A stretch of DNA of 64,000 bases. It comes from Candidatus Heimdallarchaeota archaeon. Lineage in GTDB: Archaea; Asgardarchaeota; Heimdallarchaeia; Hodarchaeales; Hodarchaeaceae. The stretch spans positions 1 through 64,000 of the forward strand of contig DXJL01000056.1 of the NCBI GenBank assembly GCA_019057635.1, given 5' to 3'. Positions 28,821-38,862 of this stretch are shown piece after piece. The translations under genes and the position numbers were made by a program. Each line of letters starts with the position of its first letter. Position 1 is the first letter of the stretch. The notes below the pieces were generated by a model. It saw only the letters and a list, made by a program, of their open reading frames with translations. It had not been told where the DNA came from and ran no database searches.

Positions 28821-29852
28821 TTGAGGGATACCATATTGAACTTAGACGAATTAATCGAACATGGTTTTATTCCTGTAATTGATCCTACTACACCTGATTC
28901 GCTTGCAGGCCAAGGAGCAAATGCGTTTCTTGCCGAGTACGGAGGAGTGGTTGAAGAAGTAGCGCTTGTTTGCAAGAAAGAGGATGGATTGGTGACTTTT
29001 CGAAGTGGAGCGGCGCCTAGTGATCGAAATTATGAAAACTTCTTTACAGATTTTACAGAATTGGCGAATGATCTTGGTATGAAAACCCATGCATTTTCGT
29101 ATGCCTTTGGTGATTCATATCTCGGATCGGATCCGAATTATTCAATTGGTCGCTCTGATGGCACTCTAATGACTACATATGTCGACCCCAGTATGGAGGG
29201 ATACTGGAAACATCTGAGCCAAATATCTCGTGAAGTGGCCCGTAAACCCATTCGATCATTAGTTCTGCAAGAATTTCTCTTCCCGAGACAGGAATTTTCA
29301 TTTTCGAAAAGAGCAGTTCGAAAATTTGCGGAATTATCAGGTGTAAGTCTTGATACCAGCTACCTAGATATCCAGAAGGACCCTTCTATTCAACGAATGT
29401 TTGAAGATTGGCGTGTTGATCTTATCAGTAGAGCATTTCGTCAAACAGTCGAGAATGCAAGAAGCGAACGACCTAGCTTAGATATTGGCATGGTTGTCCC
29501 AGTGGATCCTGAAACTGAATGGCACGAAGGATTTATTCGTCATTATGGGATAAATCTGGATAGAATTATAGAAATTTGTGGATATGTAATATATCATATC
29601 ATGCCTTATTCTCCCATGTATCCAGAACCTGGTACACCGAGTTGGGATGCTTTAACTCATGCACTTCGTAGTTCAACTCTCTATGAAGAAAGTGGATATA
29701 AAAAAGCATTATTTGTATGGGGATTAGATGCAGAAGATGACATAACTTGGTTAGAGACCTTAAAACAGGAAGTCAAGGCTGATAAAATCTTTGCGAGACT
29801 TGAATATCCTGAAAAATATTCAGTCAAGCGGGAAATTCATCGAGGAGTTTAG
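28821..29852 (+). CDS. TIM-barrel glycoside-hydrolase-like protein (GHL10/DUF4015-like)
   Basis: LVCKKEDG, LGMKTHA, YVDPS, FEDWRVDLISR, HYGINL and IMPY pattern. Confidence 0.6.
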   Translation: MRDTILNLDELIEHGFIPVIDPTTPDSLAGQGANAFLAEYGGVVEEVALVCKKEDGLVTFRSGAAPSDRNYENFFTDFTELANDLGMKTHAFSYAFGDSYLGSDPNYSIGRSDGTLMTTYVDPSMEGYWKHLSQISREVARKPIRSLVLQEFLFPRQEFSFSKRAVRKFAELSGVSLDTSYLDIQKDPSIQRMFEDWRVDLISRAFRQTVENARSERPSLDIGMVVPVDPETEWHEGFIRHYGINLDRIIEICGYVIYHIMPYSPMYPEPGTPSWDALTHALRSSTLYEESGYKKALFVWGLDAEDDITWLETLKQEVKADKIFARLEYPEKYSVKREIHRGV

Positions 29853-29859
29853 ATTCCAT

Positions 29860-30312
29860 CTATTTTTGATTCCAGTGGGCATAGCGTCGAATATAATCCA
29901 GAACCTGATTTCGAAATACATTCTTGTTCCGTTTCCATTGACGTGCTGCGGTCGCGTTAAGCGGATCCTCTGGATTGGGACTAGTTAAAAGAAATCGAAT
30001 TGTTTCGACAACCTGTACCAAGCTATATGCGGGACTCCAATCCTTTCCAAGAACACCTACACACACTTTCTCCCTGAATATATTCACATGCCAAATAGGG
30101 GTTTTAAATCGTACCTTAGGTGGTTCAAATGGGTAACTCCGAGGAATTTTTATTTCTATTACAAATACACCACCCTCATATAACCCCGAACCAAGGATTT
30201 CTCCTTTCCAAAAAGTTAAATCATTATTCACTGATCGGAAGGTAGGTTGTTCCCGAGTTAGTTCTTGAGCTTCAATTGCGAGTCGATCTAACCATTCTTC
30301 TTCCGTTAGCAT
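29860..30312 (-). CDS. Ubiquitin-conjugating enzyme E2
   Basis: YEGGVF, YPFEPPKVRFKTPIWHVNI, catalytic Cys in VCVGVL, WSPA, PNPEDPLN. Confidence 0.96.
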   Translation of the reverse strand: MLTEEEWLDRLAIEAQELTREQPTFRSVNNDLTFWKGEILGSGLYEGGVFVIEIKIPRSYPFEPPKVRFKTPIWHVNIFREKVCVGVLGKDWSPAYSLVQVVETIRFLLTSPNPEDPLNATAARQWKRNKNVFRNQVLDYIRRYAHWNQK

Positions 30313-30558
30313 GGTATCTTCACCGAAATTTTTCCCTGTATCAAAGGAGAGGCTTCTAATTAATAAGTATAAGTGAATAAAGCTCTGATTGTACTTGCAA
30401 TTATGTATCTATAAAATTAGGTTTATAGGAAAGTTGGTTCTATAACAAACATAATCTGACGATAACACTTTTATTTATTTTAAAAGGCAATAATTTACGA
30501 TCATACTCCTCAATATATTAACCTTTCAAAATAATTACGAATTAGGTGACTCTGTTCC

Positions 30559-30855
30559 ATGAGTGAAGCGTATAAAGATATTCTTGACCGGTTTAACAAA
30601 CTCCAAGAAATTATGGTTCTTGATGACAAGGAATTTCGCAAAAATCCAAAAAAAACAGCCCGAATCGCTAGTATGTTAGTAATGGCGAGCTTGTATTCAA
30701 AATTCTCCTTGGATCGTCAATATGCAGTCTTCAAAGCAATGAAACAATCGATGCGGGAAAAAGTTGATAGCTATAAAGCACTAGGAGATTCAGTTGATGA
30801 TATTGCAGCTACCTTAGTCTACGCATCAGAAATTAATAAGAGTAAAACAGGTTAA
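30559..30855 (+). CDS. Hypothetical helical protein
   Basis: 98-aa ORF with AGGTGA SD, divergent from the E2 gene. Confidence 0.7.
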   Translation: MSEAYKDILDRFNKLQEIMVLDDKEFRKNPKKTARIASMLVMASLYSKFSLDRQYAVFKAMKQSMREKVDSYKALGDSVDDIAATLVYASEINKSKTG

Positions 30856-31084
30856 CTCCGAGCTAACCATCAAAGAGACAAGTAATGGGCACTTTGCTAG
30901 AGAAGAACTATTCTTTATCCATTAAAAGTCATAATTAGGCGAGTTCAACAAAGTAACTAGTCATCAGTTTATTGAAATTTTTAGTTTTTTTCGATTTTTC
31001 TGAAAACAAAAAAAATGCAATCGAAAATTCAATTAAAGCAAAATGCGTTATTAAATAAGAGAAACAGTAAGAGGGGGGAGGGAG

Positions 31085-31132
31085 GGGATCCAGCGCTAAT
31101 AAAAAACAATGTTTTTTGGCACGCTGAATCCC
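31085..31132. repeat. Nested inverted repeat in a long intergenic region
   Basis: GGGAT-C-CAGCG...AAAAAACA-A-TGTTTTTT...CGCTG-A-ATCCC. Confidence 0.75.
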
Positions 31133-31526
31133 ATCGTATTCTAGTTTTTATACCGATTAAACCTCAAGTGTCTAACTGGTCATGAGAGCTTCCTTTGCAG
31201 AACTTTATAATATTTTTTATAAGTTACACGAAAAAAACCCATATTCTCTTCACAGACAAAATACACACTTCGCAGTAGATACTCGACAGTATAAGCTCCA
31301 CATTTTTCTTTTATACACCTACTAAAAATTTTCCAAAATTGAGTAAACCCTCGAAAGAATTTTAAATACTCGTTTTTCTGCTCTTTTTGAGGCGAAATAA
31401 CATGTGGGATTGCCAAATGCTTGAATTACTTTGAATTCTTTTTTGGTTTCTTTCAAGATAATACCTTAGTTCGCCTTATTAGGGTTGAAACTTTTTATTC
31501 TACTTGCCTCTCAACTCCTCCCTTAA

Positions 31527-33665
31527 TTGTACTTGATAATTATTTTAGTAAAAAAAATAGCCATTATTTTGGATGTGTCTCTCCTGGAAGATTTAACTGA
31601 TAAGAAATTTGTTGTGTGTCCTGCATGGCCATACGTTAACGCCGTTCCCCATCTTGGAACAATTTTACACCTACTCAGTGCTGATATTTATGTTCGTTAC
31701 TTGAAGCTCCGCGGAGCAAATGTAATTTCAGCAACAGGTTCGGATTGTCACGGGACACCGATTGAAGTTGCGGCTCTAACTGAAGGAATTTCGCCTGAAG
31801 AGCTAGTTAATCGAAATCACATTCAAATTCTAGAGTTACTCCGCACATGGAATATTGATCTCAACTATTCAAAAACTGCTAATTCTTTCCATTATCAATG
31901 GGTACAGGATTTCTACCGTCGATGTTTCGAAAACGGATTTATATTTAGTAAAGAGATTGAGCAATTGTACTGTGAAACAGATAAGCGATTTTTACCAGAT
32001 CGATTTGTTGAAGGGACTTGTCCGCATTGTAAAACTCCAGGAGCACGAGGTGATCAGTGTGATTCTCCAACTTGTGGAAAACCACTTCGTCCAGTTGAAT
32101 TAATCAGTCCTGTATGCAAAATTTGTGGAAAATCCCCAGTGTATAAATCTACAACCCAATGGTATTATGATTTCAGTGCTTTTCAAGAAGAATTGACTGA
32201 TTTCATACAACGAAATCAACAGTTCCCTGATAACGCACGAAAATTTTCCAACCATATTTTGGAGGAGGGGTTACAAGCAAGAACATTAACTCGGGATTTA
32301 GCATGGGGGATTCCTGCGGGTCCAGCAATACCTGAAGCAGAGGGAAAATCAATTTATGTCTGGCTAGAGGCGGTTTTAGGATATATTTCTGCTTCAGCTG
32401 ACCTTGGACTGCGCTTATACAAAGATCCAGACTATTGGAAGCAATTTTGGCTTGATCAAGAAACTCGTACTATTTTCTTTATTGGTAAGGATAATATCTT
32501 CTTTCATACTCTTCTTTTTCCAGCACTCCTTTTAGGAACGAAAGATAGCTACGGGGATCCATTTGTTCTCCCCTACAATGTGAGTACTACTGAATTTCTT
32601 ATATTTGATGATAAAAAATTCAGTAAATCTCGAGGTGTTGGTATCTGGATTGATGAAGCCGCTAAACTTCTACCAACTGATTATTGGAGATATTATTTGG
32701 CAGCAACTCGCCCTGAAATTAAAGATACTTCTTTTACATGGCCTGAATTAGAACAACGTGTGAATAGCGATCTCAATGACGTTTTGGGTAATTATATTCA
32801 TCGTGTTTTTGTTTTATTACACAAATATTTCGAAGGTAAGATTCCTGAATGTCACAGATTAGATGCTACGGATAGAGAATTTGTTTCAGCTATTCATACT
32901 GTTCCCGAATCTGTTGCTGATAATTTTGACAATTTTGAATTTAAGAAGGCAACTACTGCCATAATTGATTTTGCACGAACAGCTAATGGGTATTTGAGTT
33001 CAAAGGAGCCTTGGAAATTGATAAAAACTGACATTACTGCAGTAGAAACCACTTTGTATCTTTGTGTTCAATCAGTTGCTACACTAAGTATTTTGCTATC
33101 ACCAATCATACCTGATTCGGCCACTAAAATATGGGAAGTGCTTAAACAGAAGGGAAACGTCCATAATCAGCTTTTAAGTGAGGCAGGAAAACTCAAATTA
33201 AATCCTGGTTCTGAAATACTAGAATCAAAACCCCTATTCGCTAAAATTGAGATAGAAAAGATACAGAAACAACTTGAGGATATTCATCGAAAACAAAGAA
33301 AGAAGACAAAAAAGGTGAAAAAATTGCCAGATAGAAGAATTATTCCATTCAAAGATTTTGAAAGACTTGATATCCGAATAGGAACAATTAGAAAAGCCGA
33401 GAAAATACCTAAAGCCAAAAATCTCCTTAAAATAAGGGTCGATTTAGGAGAAGAAATTGGAGAAAGACAATTGGTAGCTGGACTCGCATCTTTCCGCAAT
33501 ACTGAAGAATTGATAGATAAAAAAATTACAGTTATTGTTAATTTAGAACCTGCAACCATTCGTGGTGTTAGATCTGAAGGAATGCTTCTTGCAGCAGTAG
33601 AAGGTAAAGATTTAGGATTATTGATTCCTGATAAAGATGTCTCTAATGGAACGAAAGTAAGCTAA
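31527..33665 (+). CDS. metG: Methionyl-tRNA synthetase
   Basis: AWPYVNAVPHLG, GSDCHGTP, Zn knuckles, YVWLEA, KFSKS, C-terminal tRNA-binding OB domain. True start is probably downstream of 31527. Confidence 0.97.
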   Translation: MYLIIILVKKIAIILDVSLLEDLTDKKFVVCPAWPYVNAVPHLGTILHLLSADIYVRYLKLRGANVISATGSDCHGTPIEVAALTEGISPEELVNRNHIQILELLRTWNIDLNYSKTANSFHYQWVQDFYRRCFENGFIFSKEIEQLYCETDKRFLPDRFVEGTCPHCKTPGARGDQCDSPTCGKPLRPVELISPVCKICGKSPVYKSTTQWYYDFSAFQEELTDFIQRNQQFPDNARKFSNHILEEGLQARTLTRDLAWGIPAGPAIPEAEGKSIYVWLEAVLGYISASADLGLRLYKDPDYWKQFWLDQETRTIFFIGKDNIFFHTLLFPALLLGTKDSYGDPFVLPYNVSTTEFLIFDDKKFSKSRGVGIWIDEAAKLLPTDYWRYYLAATRPEIKDTSFTWPELEQRVNSDLNDVLGNYIHRVFVLLHKYFEGKIPECHRLDATDREFVSAIHTVPESVADNFDNFEFKKATTAIIDFARTANGYLSSKEPWKLIKTDITAVETTLYLCVQSVATLSILLSPIIPDSATKIWEVLKQKGNVHNQLLSEAGKLKLNPGSEILESKPLFAKIEIEKIQKQLEDIHRKQRKKTKKVKKLPDRRIIPFKDFERLDIRIGTIRKAEKIPKAKNLLKIRVDLGEEIGERQLVAGLASFRNTEELIDKKITVIVNLEPATIRGVRSEGMLLAAVEGKDLGLLIPDKDVSNGTKVS

Positions 33666-33718
33666 AGTTTTTTAATAATCTATTCCCATCAAGAACTAAT
33701 TTATCTCATATTTTAGGG

Positions 33719-34861
33719 ATGAGCATTATGTCTGAATGGGATTTAGTTCTTTACACAGATGATAAACGAAAAAACGTCAAGAATAAATTAAAGCTTTCTG
33801 ATAAAACTCTGTCTGCAGCTGGCCAACATGGAAAAGCCACGATTCTCGTTGACCATCAAGGGAAAGAGTGGCTTCTGAAAGTGTTTTCTCACATTATCGA
33901 CTTTGACGTAAAAAAAGTATCAGACTTGGAAGTAGATATCCAAGATACTCCCGAACGTAGCCGAGATCGTCTTCATTTATGGCGAGCTTTAAACGAAATG
34001 ACTGCTTCGCGTCTTGGGAGACGATTATATTTAAATGTACCAGAAACACAGCTAATCTGCTCGCGGAAAGTTGCCAAATTCGTACTCAAACCTTCTACAA
34101 TCCTGAAAGAGGAAGATGTAATAATTTTGGATGAAGAGGAGGAAGAAGGGGAATCAGCCGAAGAATTTTATCACTTGTCTGAACGTGAAATTGGATCTTT
34201 AACTACCTCAGATCGTTTTGAGAATGTATTGGCCAGAAAAAGCAATCGTAAAAAAGCTGTTGACGTCTTAGCTCTCCTTCAAGAGAAAATTCCTGATAGT
34301 AAGAATATCGATGAATACTTAGATGATCGAAAAGATGATTTAGACGCTGGATTTGATGCAATACAAAACATCGATGACGCCTATCTTCTATTACCATTCG
34401 ATATTTGGTTAAATGATCCTGATCGGAATGCTGGTAATTACTTAGTTCAAATGGAAAAGAGCAATAAAGCTTCAAGAATATGGGGAATCGATTATGAAAT
34501 GTGGTCCTTTGGAAGTGATATTTGGATGGAGGAGGACAATGTAACTCAAGGGAGAAGTTATTTAACCGCTATTATTCATCCTAAAAGCCATATTTTTGAT
34601 TCTCGTGTAAATCAAACGTTTTATCGAATTCGAATGCTTACTGATGAGGAAATCATCCAAATGACAAAAGCTCCTCAATTGGTGTGCAAATTTTTTGAAT
34701 ATCACATAACTAAAGGCAATTTACTTTCTGATGAAAGAGAGAAATTGAAGCAGGTTGAAGTAAATCTTGAAGATTTCCTTTTAGAATCCCGTCCACGGTT
34801 CGATAAGCTAAGCAATCTGCTAGTTAGACAAATTGGATTACCACCCGATTTTCGAAGTTAA
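33719..34861 (+). CDS. HipA-like / PI3-PI4-kinase-superfamily atypical kinase
   Basis: WLLKVF, NEMTASRLG...VPET, DIWLNDPDRNAGNYLV, WGIDYE. Confidence 0.75.
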   Translation: MSIMSEWDLVLYTDDKRKNVKNKLKLSDKTLSAAGQHGKATILVDHQGKEWLLKVFSHIIDFDVKKVSDLEVDIQDTPERSRDRLHLWRALNEMTASRLGRRLYLNVPETQLICSRKVAKFVLKPSTILKEEDVIILDEEEEEGESAEEFYHLSEREIGSLTTSDRFENVLARKSNRKKAVDVLALLQEKIPDSKNIDEYLDDRKDDLDAGFDAIQNIDDAYLLLPFDIWLNDPDRNAGNYLVQMEKSNKASRIWGIDYEMWSFGSDIWMEEDNVTQGRSYLTAIIHPKSHIFDSRVNQTFYRIRMLTDEEIIQMTKAPQLVCKFFEYHITKGNLLSDEREKLKQVEVNLEDFLLESRPRFDKLSNLLVRQIGLPPDFRS

Positions 34862-34881
34862 TACTTGGCATTAAGAGTTAA

Positions 34882-35838
34882 TCAGAGTTTTAATAACCTT
34901 TCTTGTGATATTTGACCTAATAAGACTTGATAAACTAGTTCAGAGAATTTTTTTATATTTCTAGAAGGAGTAAGATGGTAGACATTTTGCCAAAATGATG
35001 GTAGAATTGACGTTGCCAAGAATGAAGATAGAAAATGTTTAAATTCTTTTTGACCTTTCTTATCTTCAAGGTTATCCTCAACGTCTAGGTAGTGGTTTCC
35101 AACTAATAACGAAGCAATTAGAAAAATAGATTTAGCATTAATTAACGATAATTGAAGACCCACTGGACTCCATGAAAGCCAAGTGAGGACAGAATTAATA
35201 ATTTCTTTTAGATCTGAATCAGAAAATATTATTTCGCAATTAAGAGATGATCGAAAAGATTTCTCGAAAAAATTACTGATCGGCTCTAGATTTAGAGCTT
35301 TTTCATGAATATAATCCTTTTTATTGTTATCAAGGAAGTGAATTTCATTTTGAACTCTTTTTAGGGGGATTGAGCTGAATGGATTATTTGAATCTATCTT
35401 TTCCCCCCAATATTCTTGATAATATGGAATGGCTTCCTCAAGGATATACTCAATCGATGAGTTTTTTATTTGGTCTTGTGGTTGAGCAATCCAATAAAAC
35501 CCAAATCCCCTACATGGATTAATCCATACCAAGGTCTGTTCTGGATTTACTTTCCATAGGATTAAGGGATAAATTTTACATGTTAACGGTTTCAATACAG
35601 TTTTGTGTAATCTACATAATCCTTGGTTATCGAGAAAAACACACTTGTCTCCTCTCAGCAAATAGTCTCGTGAATCATCTTTGTAGAGCAATATTTCACA
35701 ATAAGAATATCTTTTGAAGAGTGATTCTCTTTCTTCAGGGAGAAGTGGGAGTGAATATTCGGTTGCACAGCACTTCATATGGCAAGTGGTACAATTATAC
35801 CCTGTTTGTAAAGAGAATCCTCGAATAAAATTGCCTAT
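34882..35838 (-). CDS. YkgJ-like CxxCxxCC Zn/Fe-chelating protein (probable ATA start)
   Basis: Frame extends upstream of the track ATG to give CTTCHMKCC. Also CVFL..GLCRLH...KPLTCKIYP. GGAGGA lies 6 nt before ATA at 35838. Confidence 0.8.
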   Translation of the reverse strand: MGNFIRGFSLQTGYNCTTCHMKCCATEYSLPLLPEERESLFKRYSYCEILLYKDDSRDYLLRGDKCVFLDNQGLCRLHKTVLKPLTCKIYPLILWKVNPEQTLVWINPCRGFGFYWIAQPQDQIKNSSIEYILEEAIPYYQEYWGEKIDSNNPFSSIPLKRVQNEIHFLDNNKKDYIHEKALNLEPISNFFEKSFRSSLNCEIIFSDSDLKEIINSVLTWLSWSPVGLQLSLINAKSIFLIASLLVGNHYLDVEDNLEDKKGQKEFKHFLSSFLATSILPSFWQNVYHLTPSRNIKKFSELVYQVLLGQISQERLLKL

Positions 35839-35893
35839 AGTAAATCCTCCGGACTAAGAATACATATTATTGATTTTTTTTCGGTATTCATCT

Positions 35894-37666
35894 TTAATAG
35901 CTGAGATTTAATTTATGTAGCTTCTCTTTAGTTGGTACTCCTGAACTATCCCATCCTCTGACATCATAATATTCAGCAAGCATTTTATCAAGTTCTACAA
36001 CACGGTTTCTTGAACCACCAACTATCAACGGATTTTCTAAAAATCGTTTCGGCAGTCGGTCGTCCTTCATTGAAAAACCTGCTTTCAAATTGAATATTTT
36101 TTCAAGGTTCCAAGTTCTTTCACCAATTTTCATTATATCCTTTTCTGAATAATCCTTCTTATGCACAACAGACAATAAACGCGCATAATCTATGGCAGAG
36201 AGAGCAAATGATGAAAAACGACATAGGATGAGAGAATCTACTACTGCGGATAGATCTTCATAGACCTTGACAATTTTTGCTTTACCTGTTGAAGAAAACC
36301 TGTCCATTGGAATCGGGTTGTTAAGTACCTCTGTACTAATCATATAGGATCGAAGATGACAGGCACCTCTATTCGAAGTGGCGTATGCGAGTCCTTGGCC
36401 TTGAACGCCTCTTGGATCATATGCAGGTAGTTCTAGAGATTTTACAGATATAGATAATTCTGGTTGTCCATATTTTTCTGCAAATCTTCTGGATCCTTCA
36501 CTTAATTCGTTACCAATCCCCTTTTTGTGAGCAATATTTCTTATAAGGTCCTCCAAATTATCTGTTTCTCCAAATTTTGGAAAAGAATCTAGAATTCCTT
36601 GTTCAGCTAGCTCCATTGCACAACCTATTGTATTCCCCGTCGATATTGTGTCAAGACCAAGTTGATTGCATAAATAATTAAGTTTACATATCAGAGCTAG
36701 ATTATTGTTGCCAATTTGTGATCCAAATGCCCAAATTGTTTCGAATTCTGGACCTTTTCCCTGTTCTTTGTCATTTATTCGGGTTATATGTCCACACGCA
36801 ATTCGACAACCTGCACAAGCATGTTTACCTACCACATAGAGTTCTTTGAGTTTTTCCCCAGAAATTCCTGGAGCATCATCAAAGGTACCCTCTTGAAAAT
36901 TTCGCGTTGGAAACATTCCTAATTCATTAATAACATTGACAAGTACAGGGGTACCAAAAACTGGGAGCGCAGACTTAGTTACAGGATTTTTTCTTAAGGC
37001 TAAATGTAATTCATCTGAAATTGCCTTTAATTTAGGATTTTTTGCTATCTTATTACCTTTGACTACAATCGCTTTCAGATTTTTAGACCCCATTACTGCT
37101 CCTAACCCACCGCGCCCGAGTGCATGACCTTTATCATTTATAACACATGCTAATAATCCTAAAGATTCTCCTGCAGGACCTATACAAGCAATTCTTGCAT
37201 CTTTCTTAGTTTTTGAATTTAAAATGTCAATTGTTTCCCATGTATCAATATTTTTTAATTCTTCAGCATTACGTACCTCGTAAGTTTCATTCTCCGCATC
37301 TAAATATAAATAACTTAATGTTGGGGCCTTTTCTTCAATTATTACTGCTAAGACACCTAATCCCCGTAGTTCAGGACCAAATCTTCCACCTGAGTTACTA
37401 TCAAAGATTGTAAGAGTTAGTGGAGATTTTGTGATACAGCTATATCGTCCAGAGGTTGGAGCTGATGAACCCGTTAGAGGCCCAACAACAAAGATTAACT
37501 TATTTTCTTTTGAAAGGGGATCAATCTTTGGATTAACCTCATCTGAAAAATATTTTACAGCTAATCCTCTACCGCCTACGTATTCTGACGTAATATCAAC
37601 AGGAATCTCTTCTCTGGTTATTGCTCCAGAAGACAGGTTGCATCTCATAATATACTCTGTGCTCAT
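35894..37666 (-). CDS. aor: Aldehyde:ferredoxin oxidoreductase (tungstopterin family)
   Basis: GGRGLA, KSPLT, CIGPAGE, GRGGLGAVMGSKNLKA, CAGCRIAC, GLDTIS, NRGACH. Confidence 0.96.
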   Translation of the reverse strand: MSTEYIMRCNLSSGAITREEIPVDITSEYVGGRGLAVKYFSDEVNPKIDPLSKENKLIFVVGPLTGSSAPTSGRYSCITKSPLTLTIFDSNSGGRFGPELRGLGVLAVIIEEKAPTLSYLYLDAENETYEVRNAEELKNIDTWETIDILNSKTKKDARIACIGPAGESLGLLACVINDKGHALGRGGLGAVMGSKNLKAIVVKGNKIAKNPKLKAISDELHLALRKNPVTKSALPVFGTPVLVNVINELGMFPTRNFQEGTFDDAPGISGEKLKELYVVGKHACAGCRIACGHITRINDKEQGKGPEFETIWAFGSQIGNNNLALICKLNYLCNQLGLDTISTGNTIGCAMELAEQGILDSFPKFGETDNLEDLIRNIAHKKGIGNELSEGSRRFAEKYGQPELSISVKSLELPAYDPRGVQGQGLAYATSNRGACHLRSYMISTEVLNNPIPMDRFSSTGKAKIVKVYEDLSAVVDSLILCRFSSFALSAIDYARLLSVVHKKDYSEKDIMKIGERTWNLEKIFNLKAGFSMKDDRLPKRFLENPLIVGGSRNRVVELDKMLAEYYDVRGWDSSGVPTKEKLHKLNLSY

Positions 37667-37693
37667 TTTTCATCCTCATTTCAATTCTGAAAA

Positions 37694-38563
37694 TTAGTCA
37701 TAAAATAGATTATATTGTTTATATTGACACATGTGACATCTACTCTTATGGTAAGAATATTGACTTTCTGACATTTTACCAAATGTAGTAGCCCGGACAG
37801 GACACAAACGACAAGGAATTTCATCAATAACCCAGTTATCACTTAACGATAACCATTTCATGTTATTAATTATATTGATCCCTGCACTTGCACCTAACCT
37901 GAATTTTAATGGATCAATTATATTCCCGTTAGCAAGTATCGCCCGTGCAGCATCAGCAAAATTTTTAATTCCTCCCGCAGCCTTTACCCCCATATTTGGA
38001 CCAACAATTTTTCTCATAATGTTAATGTCATATGGAAAAGCTCCATAGGCACCAAAACCTGTTGATGTCTTGACAAAATCTGCTCCCGATTCTTTAGAAA
38101 GCTCACAAGCCTTTATTTTTTCTTCATCAGTTAGATAACAGGTTTCAATGATGACTTTAACAAGTGCAGAATCTGCAGCTGAAACAACATCTTCGATATC
38201 AGCCTTCACATACTTTTCTTGTTGACTTTTCAACATTCCTACGTTAATGACCATATCAATCTCATGAGCACCATTTTCAACGGCTTGTTGCGTCTCCCAC
38301 GCTTTGGATCTAGATTCCATCGCTCCGAGTGGGAATCCAACAACCGAACAAACCTTTATATCAGTATTCTGCAACGTTTCTGCGGCAAGAGAAACATAAC
38401 AAGAATTGAGACAAACAGAATAAAAATTGTATTGAATCGCTTCCCTACACAGATTTTTAATAGCTTCTGGACCTTCCCAAGCATTTAATTTTGTGTGATC
38501 AATTAACTGTGCTATTTCTTCAGGTGTTATCTCAAGTTGAAACGCTTTATATTCAATATCCAT
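37694..38563 (-). CDS. deoC: Deoxyribose-phosphate aldolase with a Cys-rich C-terminal extension
   Basis: IDHTKL, VVGFPLG, EIDMVIN, KVIIET, DFVKTSTGF, VKAAGGI. Confidence 0.95.
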   Translation of the reverse strand: MDIEYKAFQLEITPEEIAQLIDHTKLNAWEGPEAIKNLCREAIQYNFYSVCLNSCYVSLAAETLQNTDIKVCSVVGFPLGAMESRSKAWETQQAVENGAHEIDMVINVGMLKSQQEKYVKADIEDVVSAADSALVKVIIETCYLTDEEKIKACELSKESGADFVKTSTGFGAYGAFPYDINIMRKIVGPNMGVKAAGGIKNFADAARAILANGNIIDPLKFRLGASAGINIINNMKWLSLSDNWVIDEIPCRLCPVRATTFGKMSESQYSYHKSRCHMCQYKQYNLFYD

Positions 38564-38862
38564 ATCCTTTAAACGACTCCTTTCATTTTAAACAAGAGAT
38601 AAAGCAATTATTTACCTAATTTCCTAATTATTTGATCATTAGCAGAGTCTTTTCTCTACTTTTCTTTTTTATTACGTTTGATAGGAAAATATGTACAGTT
38701 GTTCTACTCTAATGGATAGTTACTCCACTTCTTTATAAGTTCTCAGACTTTCTTTCTTGACGGATGGATTCTTCAAAAATACTTCGTCTCAAGAGTAAAA
38801 CATTAAGAAGGATTTAGAAAAGAGAGTAGAACAACGAAGATTCGTTATACGAGTGAATTATT

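Noticed and set aside
30856-31526. Replication origin
   Set aside because: AT-rich with one G-string, but no repeated ORB dyads and no orc1/cdc6 gene nearby.
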